A DNA stretch of 64,000 nucleotides from Desulfobacterales bacterium (GTDB lineage Bacteria; Desulfobacterota; Desulfobacteria; Desulfobacterales; UBA5852). Numbering within the stretch: position 1 is the first letter of the stretch; every line of letters starts with the position of its first letter. The position numbers were made by a program, and so were the translations under genes. Below the pieces are notes generated by a model, which had not been told where the DNA came from, ran no database searches, and worked only from the letters and a program-made list of their open reading frames with translations. The stretch spans positions 1,632,001-1,696,000 of the forward strand of contig CAXXVS010000003.1 of the NCBI GenBank assembly GCA_963674755.2, in the 5' to 3' direction. Of this stretch, positions 45,165 through 55,358 are shown one piece after another.

Positions 45165-45875
45165 GTGAATATGATGATTGGTGAACATTTAACGAAACGC
45201 TATGGTCGCGGCGCGGCCGCCGTGACCGCCATCGATGACATGAATTTTGCCATCGCACAGGGGGAGTTCGTGGGGATCATGGGCGAGTCCGGTGCCGGCA
45301 AGTCCACCCTCCTGTCCATCATGGGCGCCATGAACGCCCCCAGTGAGGGCGCGCTGCGCGTGGACGGCATCGACGTCTACGGCCTGCGATCGGAGCAGCA
45401 GGCGGATTTCAGGCGGGAATTTCTGGGGTTTGTCTTCCAGAGCTTCCATCTGATCGCCTATCTCACGCTGGAGGAAAACGTTATGCTGCCCCTGGCCACC
45501 ATACGGCTGCCGCGTCGGCAAAAGCGTGCCATGGCCCGGGAGGCCCTGGCGGCGGTTGGACTGGACGGCAAGCACGCACGCCTGCCTCACCAGATTTCCG
45601 GGGGGGAGAAGGAGCGCACGGCCATTGCGCGGGCCATCGTCAACCAGCCACCCATCGTCCTGGCGGACGAGCCCACCGGCAACCTGGATTCCCGCACATC
45701 CCGGGAGATCATGCGGCTGCTCCAGCGGCTGCGGGACGACGGCACGACCGTGGTGATGGTCACCCACAGCCTGGAATGTGCCGCGTACGCCGACCGCCTC
45801 CTGCAGGTGGCCGACGGCCGCTTGGTGACCGCCAAGACCCGGGAAGCGGTGGCCGCCCGGGCCCAGGCCGCTTGA
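45165..45875 (+). CDS. ABC transporter ATP-binding protein (LolD/MacB type)
   Basis: GESGAGKS, ISGGEKER, LADEPTGNLD. Confidence 0.92.
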   Translation: MNMMIGEHLTKRYGRGAAAVTAIDDMNFAIAQGEFVGIMGESGAGKSTLLSIMGAMNAPSEGALRVDGIDVYGLRSEQQADFRREFLGFVFQSFHLIAYLTLEENVMLPLATIRLPRRQKRAMAREALAAVGLDGKHARLPHQISGGEKERTAIARAIVNQPPIVLADEPTGNLDSRTSREIMRLLQRLRDDGTTVVMVTHSLECAAYADRLLQVADGRLVTAKTREAVAARAQAA

Positions 45876-45993
45876 GAACAGACGCCGGGACGAAAGGATT
45901 GGAGAATCCCGACCCTCTCGTTCCGGCGCACCACGTTTAAGAAACTACTGCCATCTATTGCTTCCCAGGCTTTCCTGGGGCATAAACCGGTCC

Positions 45994-46299
45994 ATGAGCG
46001 ATTCGAGGACCGTCTGGTGGGTTTACATCATCCGCACTGCGGATGACCGGTTGTATTCCGGCGTGAGTACCGACGTTGCCCGACGATTTCGTGAACACCA
46101 GGCCGGGGGCGTGCGGGCGGCCAAGTATCTCAAAATCCACTGCCCATCGGCGCTCGTTTTTTCACGGCCGGTGGGCAGCCGTTCGCTGGCCCAGAAAGTC
46201 GAATATCATATGAAGCGTCTGCCCCGACACCGAAAGGATGCCATCATCCGGTGCCAGCGGCTTGTATTCGACCCCCAAAGCGGCCGCATCACGACCTGA
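45994..46299 (+). CDS. GIY-YIG nuclease family protein (YhbQ/UPF0213-like)
   Basis: WWVYII..LYSGVSTDVARRFREH..AKY..E..MKRL. Confidence 0.82.
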   Translation: MSDSRTVWWVYIIRTADDRLYSGVSTDVARRFREHQAGGVRAAKYLKIHCPSALVFSRPVGSRSLAQKVEYHMKRLPRHRKDAIIRCQRLVFDPQSGRITT

Positions 46300-46504
46300 C
46301 GCCCCCTTGAATAACGCCTATCTTCTCTCCTGAGGGTCGGGGAAGCCGAACAGGGCTTTTTGAATGATGCGGATAAGACAGGCCGTCTGCCGTGCCGTAA
46401 AATAGGCGCCCCGCAGCCGGTGATGGTTACGGCGATGCTTCCGTGCGTGTTCTTCTGACCAGAAGAAAACACGCTCCCTTCGTTTGGCGTTCGGCCATCA
46501 ATCT

Positions 46505-46734
46505 GCTACCGGCGCCCTGATTGCCGAAGTCGTACCGGCGGCTTTTCGCGGTAGTGCCATGGGGGGAGATAACACCTGCATCTACCTGGGCATGATGTCG
46601 AGTTCCATTATCATGGGTAAGGTCTGCGAAATGGCGGGTTTGCGGTGGGGTTTTATCTGACGGCGGTCGTCAACCTGATCTGCCTGATCTTTTTTTACGG
46701 TTTGTCACGGCCCCCGGCATTGCTTCGCAGGTGA
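46505..46734 (+). pseudogene. Frameshifted C-terminal remnant of an MFS transporter
   Basis: ATGALIAEVVPAAFRGSAMGGDNTCIYLGMMSSSIIMG then, after a 1-nt shift near 46637, GFAVGFYLTAVVNLICLIFFYGL..stop; resembles MFS TM10-12; no N-terminal part present. Confidence 0.6.
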
Positions 46735-46779
46735 TCTTTCGTTCCGTTGGTGGAGGCTACCCCGACAGAACCGGTCGAC

Positions 46780-46820
46780 AAACAAAAAGGCACACCCCTG
46801 TGGCAGGAGGATGTGCCTTT
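46780..46820 (-). terminator. Intrinsic terminator of the cold-shock gene
   Basis: AAAGGCACA..CCTG-TGG-CAGG..TGTGCCTTT hairpin with a U-tract on the minus strand. Confidence 0.75.
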
Positions 46821-46841
46821 GTGAATCGGTTGTAGGGCTTC

Positions 46842-47042
46842 TTAGACGACCACTACGTTGGCAGCAGCGGGGCCTTTCTGGCCCTGCTCGATGTCGAAGG
46901 TGACCTTGTCGCCTTCATTGAGGGTTTTGAAACCGGGCATATTGATTGCTGAAAAATGCACGAATACATCCGGTCCGTCTTCTTGCTCAATGAAGCCAAA
47001 GCCTTTATCGCTGTTAAACCACTTCACAACTCCATTTGCCAT
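46842..47042 (-). CDS. cspA: Cold-shock protein (CspA family)
   Basis: [48 protein letters not shown]. Confidence 0.95.
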   Translation of the reverse strand: MANGVVKWFNSDKGFGFIEQEDGPDVFVHFSAINMPGFKTLNEGDKVTFDIEQGQKGPAAANVVVV

Positions 47043-47661
47043 GATACCTTCCTCCTTTCATAATTTTTTCTCAAAGTTCCAAACTGGAGGTCGCCACAAT
47101 GACACATGGAGCAGTCCTTCAGAACGAAACCGGCCCGTCAGGCTGAAACAGGCCTTTATTGATTGGCACCACAATAAAGTTTTTCATTAAAAAATCAAGA
47201 AAAAAAAGAAGATACCGCCTGAAACCGTGATTGCGTATTTCTTCCTGAGGAATTGCCAAAAACATAATTTTATATAAAAAACAATCAGATAGAGTTGTTT
47301 TAGGATTTGGCGGTTTTGCAAAGAAGCAGGATATGCCGTGGGCGTCATGGCACAATTGATCGGCGTTTAGCGCGTCTCATCCCGGTTAAAAGCCCTCTGG
47401 CCGGCGATTTTGACGACTACTGCGGGAAAGTTGAGAAGGGATGCTGGTCCGTCCCGCGATCATTTGAGTTGGATGGCCACCATGGAGGATGATACAGTGC
47501 CCATCCATAAATGGCATCTTTGGGCCCGCATCCCGGGTAGATGGTTTGGACCCGGGCGCTTGGCCCGTGATGGCCGGGCGATGTTTGGGGAATATTTCGC
47601 ATCGCTGACCGGCCGGCCATGATGGATAGGATACCAAGAAAAGAAGAGGAGCAAAAGAAAG

Positions 47662-48450
47662 ATGGGGACCACCCGTACTCCGGATGGTGGGCAGCACCTG
47701 ACGATGGACACGACCCGCACCCACGAACGCAAGATACCCGAGAGCAGCCGATCTGACTTGCCAAGGGCCCGCAATGCCGAAGTAAACAGGAAGCTTCGTC
47801 TTCTTGGCGGTACTGTCCTTGCGCTGATTTTGCTGACGATGGCCCTGGTGCTGCCTTGGCGCTGGTTTGCGCCCCCCACCAGCGCCTTCATGCTGCGCGC
47901 ACGCCTGCTGAACGACACCCGGGTGCATTACCGATGGACGCCGTGGGACCGCATCTCACCTTATCTCGCCATGGCCGTCGTGGCGGCTGAAGACCAGAAA
48001 TTCCCTTTTCATCATGGGTTTGATTTCCAATCGATTGCTGAGGCCCTGGAGGACAAAGGCGGACCGCGCCGGGGGGCCAGCACCATTTCACAGCAGGTGG
48101 CCAAGAACCTTTTCCTGTGGCCGGGGAGAAGTTATATCCGCAAGGGCCTGGAGGCCTACCTGACCCTTCTCATCGAAACGTTTTGGCCCAAGCGCCGTAT
48201 CCTGGAGATTTATTTGAATGTGGCTGAATTCGGCCCGGGGATTTTTGGCGCCGGGGCAGCCGGGCGCCAGCTTTTTGATAGATCCGCCCTGCACTTGTCC
48301 CTGTGGGAGGCCTCCCTGCTTGCCGCGGTCTTGCCAAATCCCAAGAGGATGTCCGCCAATCGGCCTTCGGCGTATGTGCGCCATCGCGCCGGGGAAATCA
48401 GATCATGGGTGCATAAACTGGGCGGGACCCATTACTTGGATGATATGTGA
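47662..48450 (+). CDS. mtgA: Monofunctional biosynthetic peptidoglycan transglycosylase
   Basis: AAEDQKFPFHHGFD, RGASTISQQVAKNLFLW, RKGLE, KRRILEIYLN, AAVLPNP. Confidence 0.93.
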   Translation: MGTTRTPDGGQHLTMDTTRTHERKIPESSRSDLPRARNAEVNRKLRLLGGTVLALILLTMALVLPWRWFAPPTSAFMLRARLLNDTRVHYRWTPWDRISPYLAMAVVAAEDQKFPFHHGFDFQSIAEALEDKGGPRRGASTISQQVAKNLFLWPGRSYIRKGLEAYLTLLIETFWPKRRILEIYLNVAEFGPGIFGAGAAGRQLFDRSALHLSLWEASLLAAVLPNPKRMSANRPSAYVRHRAGEIRSWVHKLGGTHYLDDM

Positions 48451-48752
48451 CCGTCATTACTATGCCGAACGGTGGCGGCAGGGGTCTCGCAGCGGAGGCG
48501 CTTTTCGAGTTCCGCCTTGGTCTTTTCCAAATCGTCCAACGTCTGCTTCAAGCTGTACTCACGGGCTTCGACTTTCACCATCATCATGCCGAAGGCTTCG
48601 GCCAGATCCGAAAGGAGGCTGGGGTAGCGTTCTCGCTTAGCCAGTTCGAAGAGGCGTTCGGAGTCCTTCTGGTCGTAGTGGCCGGAGGCAATCTTGCGGC
48701 AGGCCTGGTTCAGCATTTCAAACAGTTCCAGGTAGTAGCTTGCAAAATCCAT
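48432..48752 (-). CDS. Small helical protein resembling a stand-alone HAMP/coiled-coil segment
   Basis: AAGGAGG RBS; IASGHY..LSDLAEAFGMMMVKVEAREYSLKQTLDDL. Confidence 0.7.
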   Translation of the reverse strand: MDFASYYLELFEMLNQACRKIASGHYDQKDSERLFELAKRERYPSLLSDLAEAFGMMMVKVEAREYSLKQTLDDLEKTKAELEKRLRCETPAATVRHSNDGHISSK

Positions 48753-48942
48753 GGGGCGGCCTCCTTGGCAGATAATCTGCGCTTCGGCGTCGATCCGCGG
48801 CACATTCCCAAAGGGCGGTCTTAAGCCGACATGTTCCTCTAGTAAGTCTCATTGTTCGTTTGGCAAGCAAGCTCCCGGTCAGGGGTTGCCGCAGGCTCAG
48901 CGAGAGGGATGCGGATGGGGCGAAGGGCGTGCGGGGTTTGCG

Positions 48943-51900
48943 CTATCGCGTTGGGTGATCCAGCGCTTGCCGAACAGCCCGGGCGAGTTTCGCCAGGGTG
49001 ACCGGTTTACGGATATAGCCGGATATGAGATGAGGTACGCGGGGGTGATTGACATAGCCCGAGCACAGCAGGATCGGAATTCCCGGTTTTATGGCTGCCA
49101 GTTTTTCCGCCAGCCTTTCGCCGTTGATGCCAGGCATGGTCAAATCGGTGATGACGATATCGAACTGCCTGGGAGATTGCCGAAAGACCTCCATGGCTTT
49201 TCGAGGGTCGCTCATACCGACGACATGATAGCCCAGGCTGGCCAGCATGGATTCTCCCAGGGAGACCAGCATGGCCTCGTCATCGATAAACAGGACGCTT
49301 TCCGACCCACAAGGCAGATCTTCGGGCAGGGAGGTGTCGCAGAAGGCTTGCCCCTCGAGGATGGGGAAATAGACGTCAAAGGTCGTCCCCTGGCCGAGAA
49401 CACTATGGACGTTCATCATGCCCCCATGGTTTTTAACAATGCCGTGAACCAAAGACAGACCCAGGCCGGTTCCTTTGCCTTTTCCCTTGGTGGTGAAATA
49501 AGGGTCGAAAATGCGTTCCCGAGTCAAGGCATCCATGCCACAGCCCGTATCGGACACCGTCAGCTTGAGCATGTTGTTTAATCCGGACGGGTTATCAAAG
49601 GTGGCGTTTTCACCGCCATCAGGGGGGCGTTCAAGACGCACTTCAAGCATACCGCCCTCTTCCTCCATGGCATGCAGGGCATTGGTGCAAAGATTCATCA
49701 AGACCTGATGAACCTGGGTGGGGTCGGCTAAAACGAAAAGCGGTTCATTGTTGATCGCTTGGCGAATCTCAATGGTTGCCGGCAGCGATGCGCGCAACAA
49801 TTTGAGGGCTTCTTTGACTACACTGCCGATTTGGATCGGTTTTTTCTCCTGTTCGGATTGACGGCTGAAGGTCAGGATCTGTCGGACCAGATCCGTCGCA
49901 CGTTCGGCCGCTTGTTTCACGTTGCGGAGTTGACCGTGAATTTCCGAATCGGTGGGCAATTGCATCAATGCCAGTTCGGTATAACCGCTTACGGCGGACA
50001 GGATGTTGTTGAAGTCGTGCGCGATGCCACCGGCCAGCGTGCCGATGGCTTCCATTTTCTGGGCTTGGCGCAGTTGGCCTTCCAGTTGCTGTTTGCTTTG
50101 TTCGGCGGCTTTTTCCGCACTCAAGTCCTGGATATGGAGAATGAAATGGATTGGCTGCCCTAAGGCATTCCGCATCAGCGAGCCGCTGAGGCGCGTGGGG
50201 ATGGCCTGTCCGTTTTTGTGGGTGAAGGCTTTTTCCACTTGGACCGCAGGGGTTTCATCGGCCATCATCGCCGCAAAGGTTTCACGGAGTTCCTTATGGT
50301 CGCTAGGGGACAGGATGTCTCCCAAGGGACGATCGAGAAGTTCTCTCTCCGTGTATCCGAGCAGTTGCTGCAAGTGGTGGTTGGAGGCGTTGATCCGCTG
50401 GACCGGGTCCACCAGTAGGATACCGGTGGCGGCATGATCAAAGGCTTGCCGGAAACGCGCTTCGCTTTCCTCCAGTTTGTGATAAGCGACAATATTGTTG
50501 AGCGCCATCGCCGTTTGCGCGGCGATGCCTGTCATCAAATCCTGGTCGCTGGCGGTCAACGGCTGCCCTGCCTGAATCTTTCCGACGGCCAGAACGCCCA
50601 TGTAATGTGTTTCAAACGTCATCGGAACGCATATAAGCGATCGGCATGCGATTTGTTCGAGAAAGGCCATGCAGGCCGGTGGCAGATGTGCGCTGAGCTC
50701 CTGAATATCGTTGCTGAAAAGGGTTGCGCGATGGGCGCTGACATGCCTCAGCAGAGCGCTCAGCCGCGGGTCGTCGCCCAAAGAGACGACCTCCCGGCCG
50801 CTCTCCTGCCGGTTCGCTGCAAGTCCGAACCCGGTGATGACATCCTGGCCGGATAAAAAGCCGCCTTGAATCATCAGCAGCCCCCAATCGAAATGCAGCT
50901 TGTCAGCCATGATGCGGAGTTCCGACATCGCCAGTGCGATAACTTCCGGCCGTGTGGTCACCAGTTGCCCCATTTCTGCCAGGACCGAAAGCTCTCCGAA
51001 GGTGCGGGCCAGGCGGTGGGTCATCAGGTTGAAAGAAGCGGCCAGGTCCTCGAATTCATCTCCGCTTTGGAGCATGACGGCGCCGTTGAAATCACCGCCC
51101 TGAATGCGCCGCGTGCCTTCCTGGAGTTTTTCCAATGGGACCAAACTCTTCCGGATAAAGCGGATGCTGACCAGCATGATGACCCAAAAGCCTACCAACA
51201 GCGAAAGCGGAAAATTGAATTTGAAATTTCGGAGAGGAGACAGCGCGTCTTCCCGGGATTGACTGAGGGTGATGATCCAGTTGCCGGCTTCAAACCGCGA
51301 TTTCAGAAACAGGTCCCAATAGCAGCCCAGATAGTCTTGACGGTCGTAGTGCCATGTAAAATGATGTGAAGATGTGCTGCGCTGGGAGAGGGTGGCGCGG
51401 CGGATCCGGTCCGCGGAAGCCGGAATGGAGCTGATCAGCACATCGCCCGATTGATTCATGATCGTTAATTGGGTAAGCGGCGGAAGGTTGTATTGCTGGC
51501 CGATGCCCCATAGATAGGCGGTGTCGATTTCTCCGGTCAGGATGCCTGACGTCTGGTGATCGATGGCGGTCTGGAGACTGATGAAGACACGCGCCGGGCG
51601 TCCTTCCCGGATCAAGGTGCGGATAACGCTTTGGCCGGACGATGGCCCCGATTTTAATGGCCGCATCAATATCGGAAGGTCTTCCAGCTCCCCTTGGAGG
51701 GGGACGATTTGTCCGTCGGAGACCACCAGCGCCAAACTTTGAAAACGTGAGGACGTGCGGTGATTTATAATATCCTTTAAGGCGGCCGGCGCACCGCTTG
51801 GCTTTTCCTGCAGGGCATGGGCCGTCAGGCGCAGTTCACTGTCCGCCAACTCAAGACGATCGTAGATGGACATACCGATGGCTTTGGTCATTTGGCGCAG

Positions 51901-52059
51901 ACGGGAAATGGTCTGGTCCCTGAGCTGGCGATTGACTTGGAAGAAGGAGAGGGTCGATAAGGTGATGATAGGAAGAAAAGAACAACAGACAAACATCCCG
52001 AAAATTCGTTTGCCCATGCGGCTTTGGAAAATGGCGCGATGGATACGCGGGGTTTTCAT
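48943..52059 (-). CDS. Hybrid sensor histidine kinase (periplasmic sensor-HAMP-GAF-PAS-HisKA-HATPase-REC)
   Basis: Two TM helices, GDEFEDLAASFN, QAQKMEAIGTLAGGIAHDFNNIL, QVLMNLCTNA, FDPYFTTK..GTGLGL, IDDE..TDLTMP..KP. Confidence 0.93.
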   Translation of the reverse strand: MKTPRIHRAIFQSRMGKRIFGMFVCCSFLPIITLSTLSFFQVNRQLRDQTISRLRQMTKAIGMSIYDRLELADSELRLTAHALQEKPSGAPAALKDIINHRTSSRFQSLALVVSDGQIVPLQGELEDLPILMRPLKSGPSSGQSVIRTLIREGRPARVFISLQTAIDHQTSGILTGEIDTAYLWGIGQQYNLPPLTQLTIMNQSGDVLISSIPASADRIRRATLSQRSTSSHHFTWHYDRQDYLGCYWDLFLKSRFEAGNWIITLSQSREDALSPLRNFKFNFPLSLLVGFWVIMLVSIRFIRKSLVPLEKLQEGTRRIQGGDFNGAVMLQSGDEFEDLAASFNLMTHRLARTFGELSVLAEMGQLVTTRPEVIALAMSELRIMADKLHFDWGLLMIQGGFLSGQDVITGFGLAANRQESGREVVSLGDDPRLSALLRHVSAHRATLFSNDIQELSAHLPPACMAFLEQIACRSLICVPMTFETHYMGVLAVGKIQAGQPLTASDQDLMTGIAAQTAMALNNIVAYHKLEESEARFRQAFDHAATGILLVDPVQRINASNHHLQQLLGYTERELLDRPLGDILSPSDHKELRETFAAMMADETPAVQVEKAFTHKNGQAIPTRLSGSLMRNALGQPIHFILHIQDLSAEKAAEQSKQQLEGQLRQAQKMEAIGTLAGGIAHDFNNILSAVSGYTELALMQLPTDSEIHGQLRNVKQAAERATDLVRQILTFSRQSEQEKKPIQIGSVVKEALKLLRASLPATIEIRQAINNEPLFVLADPTQVHQVLMNLCTNALHAMEEEGGMLEVRLERPPDGGENATFDNPSGLNNMLKLTVSDTGCGMDALTRERIFDPYFTTKGKGKGTGLGLSLVHGIVKNHGGMMNVHSVLGQGTTFDVYFPILEGQAFCDTSLPEDLPCGSESVLFIDDEAMLVSLGESMLASLGYHVVGMSDPRKAMEVFRQSPRQFDIVITDLTMPGINGERLAEKLAAIKPGIPILLCSGYVNHPRVPHLISGYIRKPVTLAKLARAVRQALDHPTR

Positions 52060-52505
52060 GATAGGGCCATTTCCGGGAGCGCGCCGGCCGGAGGAGGGTC
52101 CGACTCCCGATACCAGATGATATTCCTCTGGTGCTTGAGTTGAATGCGAGGCCCCTCATCGGTTATGGTATAGTCAAAAGTAAGGCTTTGCACGGGATTC
52201 TTGGCGCGCTCATCGGGCCGATAATAGAGCGTATACCGTTCATTTTTCCCGTTCGGCGTCATAACAACGCGCCGAAAGAAGAAGACCTGCAAGCGCTGCC
52301 GGCCCTGCCCGATGGCAAAGACGGCCTCGCTGATATCCAGATAGCGGTCGGCGTAGCGCGGGTCGGCGGTCTTCCAGACGCCCCAGACTTTTTCAGGCAT
52401 ATAGGTCGGCTGATTGGGCCAGTAGCGCAGCATCAAAGCCGAAATGGTTAGCAGGAGAAGGGTTATTTTTATCCATTTCATCATGCACTGCACCTGCTGC
52501 CGCAT
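52056..52505 (-). CDS. Hypothetical membrane-anchored/exported protein
   Basis: N-terminal hydrophobic helix, GVWKTADPRYADRY; overlaps the kinase start by 4 nt; start may be nearer 52484. Confidence 0.7.
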   Translation of the reverse strand: MRQQVQCMMKWIKITLLLLTISALMLRYWPNQPTYMPEKVWGVWKTADPRYADRYLDISEAVFAIGQGRQRLQVFFFRRVVMTPNGKNERYTLYYRPDERAKNPVQSLTFDYTITDEGPRIQLKHQRNIIWYRESDPPPAGALPEMALS

Positions 52506-52511
52506 CTATTT

Positions 52512-52994
52512 TCAGAATTCGGATACCAGCCCCACATAACCACCGTCATTGGCACGGACGATATCGTCCTGGCTGGCCTTGGCCGTAAACGGCGGGACGC
52601 TGGATCGGTTCCGTCCCATGCTGTAGAGATCGTAGTCGGAATTGACCGGCACCAGAAAGCGGTCTTTGCGGAGTTTGCTTTTGGGGGTGCCCGCCACCCG
52701 CACATACGCGTAGGGCCTACCCCAGGGATCCAGATGACCTCCCATGCCGATTTCCGCCAGAGATACCGGCAGGCGGTCGTTGTCGATAGCGAAATTGGCG
52801 ATTATTTTTTCCATGTTGCGAATGTCGCTGATGGCCTGGGCGTTTTTGGCTTTCTCCCGATACGTGATGTAATTGGGGACGGCGATGGCCATCAAGGTGC
52901 CGATGAGAGCTATGACGATCATCACTTCGACAAGGGAAAACCCACCCTGGTCAGAGGGCAGGGTTTCCCTCAGGCTTGGGGCTGCATTCGCCAT
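52512..52994 (-). CDS. Type IV pilin/GspG-like protein (prepilin peptidase substrate)
   Basis: QGG|FSLVEVMIVIALIGTLMAIAVPNY, LDPWGRPY, YDLYSMG. Confidence 0.85.
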   Translation of the reverse strand: MANAAPSLRETLPSDQGGFSLVEVMIVIALIGTLMAIAVPNYITYREKAKNAQAISDIRNMEKIIANFAIDNDRLPVSLAEIGMGGHLDPWGRPYAYVRVAGTPKSKLRKDRFLVPVNSDYDLYSMGRNRSSVPPFTAKASQDDIVRANDGGYVGLVSEF

Positions 52995-53260
52995 TATGCT
53001 GAGAGGCCTATTAAATTGTGTCCTGATCTGCCAAATGTGGGGGATGGCGCCTGTACCTTCTTTAAACGCCATGCCGGCTTATGGCACCGGTTATCGGTCA
53101 AATGAGAAATTACTTGAAGAATTTTAAACAAATTCAGCGAATAAGGTTGATAGAGAAGGATAGCGGAACCCATGGCAGGAAGAACGCAGCGGGGTTCACG
53201 CGGCATACCGCTCGGACTTCACCCATACGGACCAGAAAAGGTCACCTTAAAGGGGGAGAT

Positions 53261-53707
53261 GTGATCGGATGTTCAGAAGGCAGGGATCGCTTCCTCAGCC
53301 CGTCTATACCGCGATTTGCCGGTGTTTTCCTGGGCCTCGCCGGGTTTCTGGTGATGATCGGATTGTTGATCCTGGCGGGCTGCGCCACCACGCCGCGCGA
53401 TGCGGCGGAGGGCGAAAGGGCCGAAATTGGATTTGCCAGTTACTATGCCGATCGCTTTCAAGGGCGTCGAACGGCCAGCGGCGAACGCTATGATCGACAG
53501 GCTTATACGGCGGCCCACCGACGGCTGCGGTTTGGAACCCGGGTCCAGGTGACATGTCTCGACAACGGACGATCGGTAACGGTCCGGATCAATGATCGGG
53601 GGCCTTTTGTGAAAGGTCGGATCATCGATTTGTCCCACGCCGCGGCCGAGGCTATCGGGATGCTGCAGGCGGGGGTTGTCAAAGTGCGCATCGTGCCGGT
53701 GGAGTGA
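53261..53707 (+). CDS. rlpA: Septal ring lytic transglycosylase RlpA-family lipoprotein
   Basis: Lipobox [36 protein letters not shown]; start uncertain (GTG after GGGGGAG). Confidence 0.88.
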   Translation: MIGCSEGRDRFLSPSIPRFAGVFLGLAGFLVMIGLLILAGCATTPRDAAEGERAEIGFASYYADRFQGRRTASGERYDRQAYTAAHRRLRFGTRVQVTCLDNGRSVTVRINDRGPFVKGRIIDLSHAAAEAIGMLQAGVVKVRIVPVE

Positions 53708-53965
53708 TGCTGCGACTTCACGGACTCGGGACAATCAACGGAGCTGCCGTCCCTGTTGCGGAAAGGAAGTACAGGGCGGTTCTGTGGATTGCCGTGACAA
53801 CGATTTCCCCAAAGCGATCATCGATGGCATCCATGATTGTCAAACGCCATACAATCATGTAGTATCCGTCGCCAATTCCTAAAGGCCAGTTTCTGCCAAT
53901 GCCGTCCCACCCTCAGACGGATATATTTTTAAATGACATTTATGCGATAATCAGCGAAATAATGT

Positions 53966-54104
53966 GACAAATTTGTCGTCTTAATTTCGAATACGGAAGA
54001 CTATACCAACTGGGTAAGCCGGGCAGGTCGTTTAAATTTTATTGCGTTATCAGATAGTTGTAAAATAAAGGGGCAAGAGCGTATTTTTCGGCACAGCCCC
54101 TGCT
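53966..54104 (+). promoter_or_regulatory. Sigma-54 promoter with IHF site and upstream palindrome
   Basis: CGGCACAGCCCCTGCT (GG-N10-GC, 54089-54104); TATCAGATAGTTG IHF-like site (54048-54060); GACAAATTTGTC (53966-53977). Confidence 0.65.
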
Positions 54105-54194
54105 ATAGCATGCCGTCATATGGCCCGGCTAGCTGCATGAAGGTGGCTCCCAGTCGTCCCCAACCTGTGGTCTTGAATGGGAAGGAATGTTGAA

Positions 54195-55358
54195 ATGGAA
54201 CTGAAAGGTAACTGGAACTACCCTACCGCTATTCGTTTCGGTGCCGGGCGTATTTCTGAATTACCGGATGCCTGTCGGGAACTGGGAATGAAGCGCCCGC
54301 TTCTCGTGACGGACCCGGGCCTGGCAGCCCTGCCCATGATCGCAAAAACGCTTGCCCATTGCAGCGATGAGGGCTTGGGATGCGAACTGTTTGCCGATGT
54401 CCAGGGCAATCCGGTGGAGGCCAATGTCGTCGCCGGTGTGGCGGCTTTCCGGGAGGGCGGGCACGACGGGGTGATTGCCTTTGGCGGTGGCAGCGCTCTG
54501 GACGTGGGCAAGGCCGTGGGGCTAATGATCGGCCAAACCCGCCCCATCTGGGATTTCGAAGATCGTGAAGACTGGTACACGCGGGTCAATGTGGGCGGCA
54601 TGGCGCCGGTGGTGGCGGTTCCCACGACTTCCGGCACAGGGTCTGAGGTCGGGCGATCGTCCGTCATTACCGACGAGCGGGATCATACCAAAAAAATCAT
54701 TTTTCACCCGCGCATGCTGCCTGCGCTGGTCATCGCCGACCCGGAGTTGACCCTGGGGCTGCCGCCCCACATCACCGCCGCGGTGGGCATGGATGCCCTT
54801 TCCCACAATATCGAAGCCTTTTGCAGCCCGTTCTACCACCCCATGGCCCAGGGGATCGCCCTGGAAGGTATGCGACTGATCAAGGAATGGCTGCCCGCGG
54901 CTTGCCGCGAAGGCGATAACGTGACCGCCCGGGCTCACATGATGGTGGCCTCCACCATGGGCGCGGCGGCCTTCCAGAAAGGGCTGGGGGCCATGCATGC
55001 CCTGAGCCACCCCTGCGGCGCCGTGCTGAATACCCATCACGGATTGACCAACGCGGTGGTCATGCCCTATGTGCTGCTCTTCAATCGTCCGGCGATCGAG
55101 GAGAAGATGACCGCCCTGGCCCGCTATCTGGCGCTGCCCGAGCCATCCTTCCAGGCGGTGCTCGATTGGGTCCTGGCCCTGCGGGAAGCGATCGGCATTC
55201 CCTCTGATCTGGCCGCTATAGGTGTTACCGAAGCGCATATCGATCAGTTGGCGGCCATGGCTGCCGTAGATCCTTCGGCCGGCGGCAATCCGGTTCCCCT
55301 TACGGTGGAAAACCTGACCGTTCTCTTCCGGAACGCCGTCCAGGGCCGGATCGATTGA
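54195..55358 (+). CDS. Iron-containing alcohol dehydrogenase
   Basis: NWNYPT, GGGSALD, PTTSGTGSE, GMDALSH, GAMHALSH, HHG. Confidence 0.92.
   Translation: MELKGNWNYPTAIRFGAGRISELPDACRELGMKRPLLVTDPGLAALPMIAKTLAHCSDEGLGCELFADVQGNPVEANVVAGVAAFREGGHDGVIAFGGGSALDVGKAVGLMIGQTRPIWDFEDREDWYTRVNVGGMAPVVAVPTTSGTGSEVGRSSVITDERDHTKKIIFHPRMLPALVIADPELTLGLPPHITAAVGMDALSHNIEAFCSPFYHPMAQGIALEGMRLIKEWLPAACREGDNVTARAHMMVASTMGAAAFQKGLGAMHALSHPCGAVLNTHHGLTNAVVMPYVLLFNRPAIEEKMTALARYLALPEPSFQAVLDWVLALREAIGIPSDLAAIGVTEAHIDQLAAMAAVDPSAGGNPVPLTVENLTVLFRNAVQGRID

Noticed and set aside
45994..46299. GIY-YIG gene as a homing endonuclease or mobile element
   Set aside because: Short stand-alone YhbQ-like form without a DNA-binding extension, intron or flanking repeats
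53717..53858. 46-codon minus-strand ORF (MDAIDDRFGE, faintly like a DinB C-terminus)
   Set aside because: Too short, weak RBS, similarity could be chance
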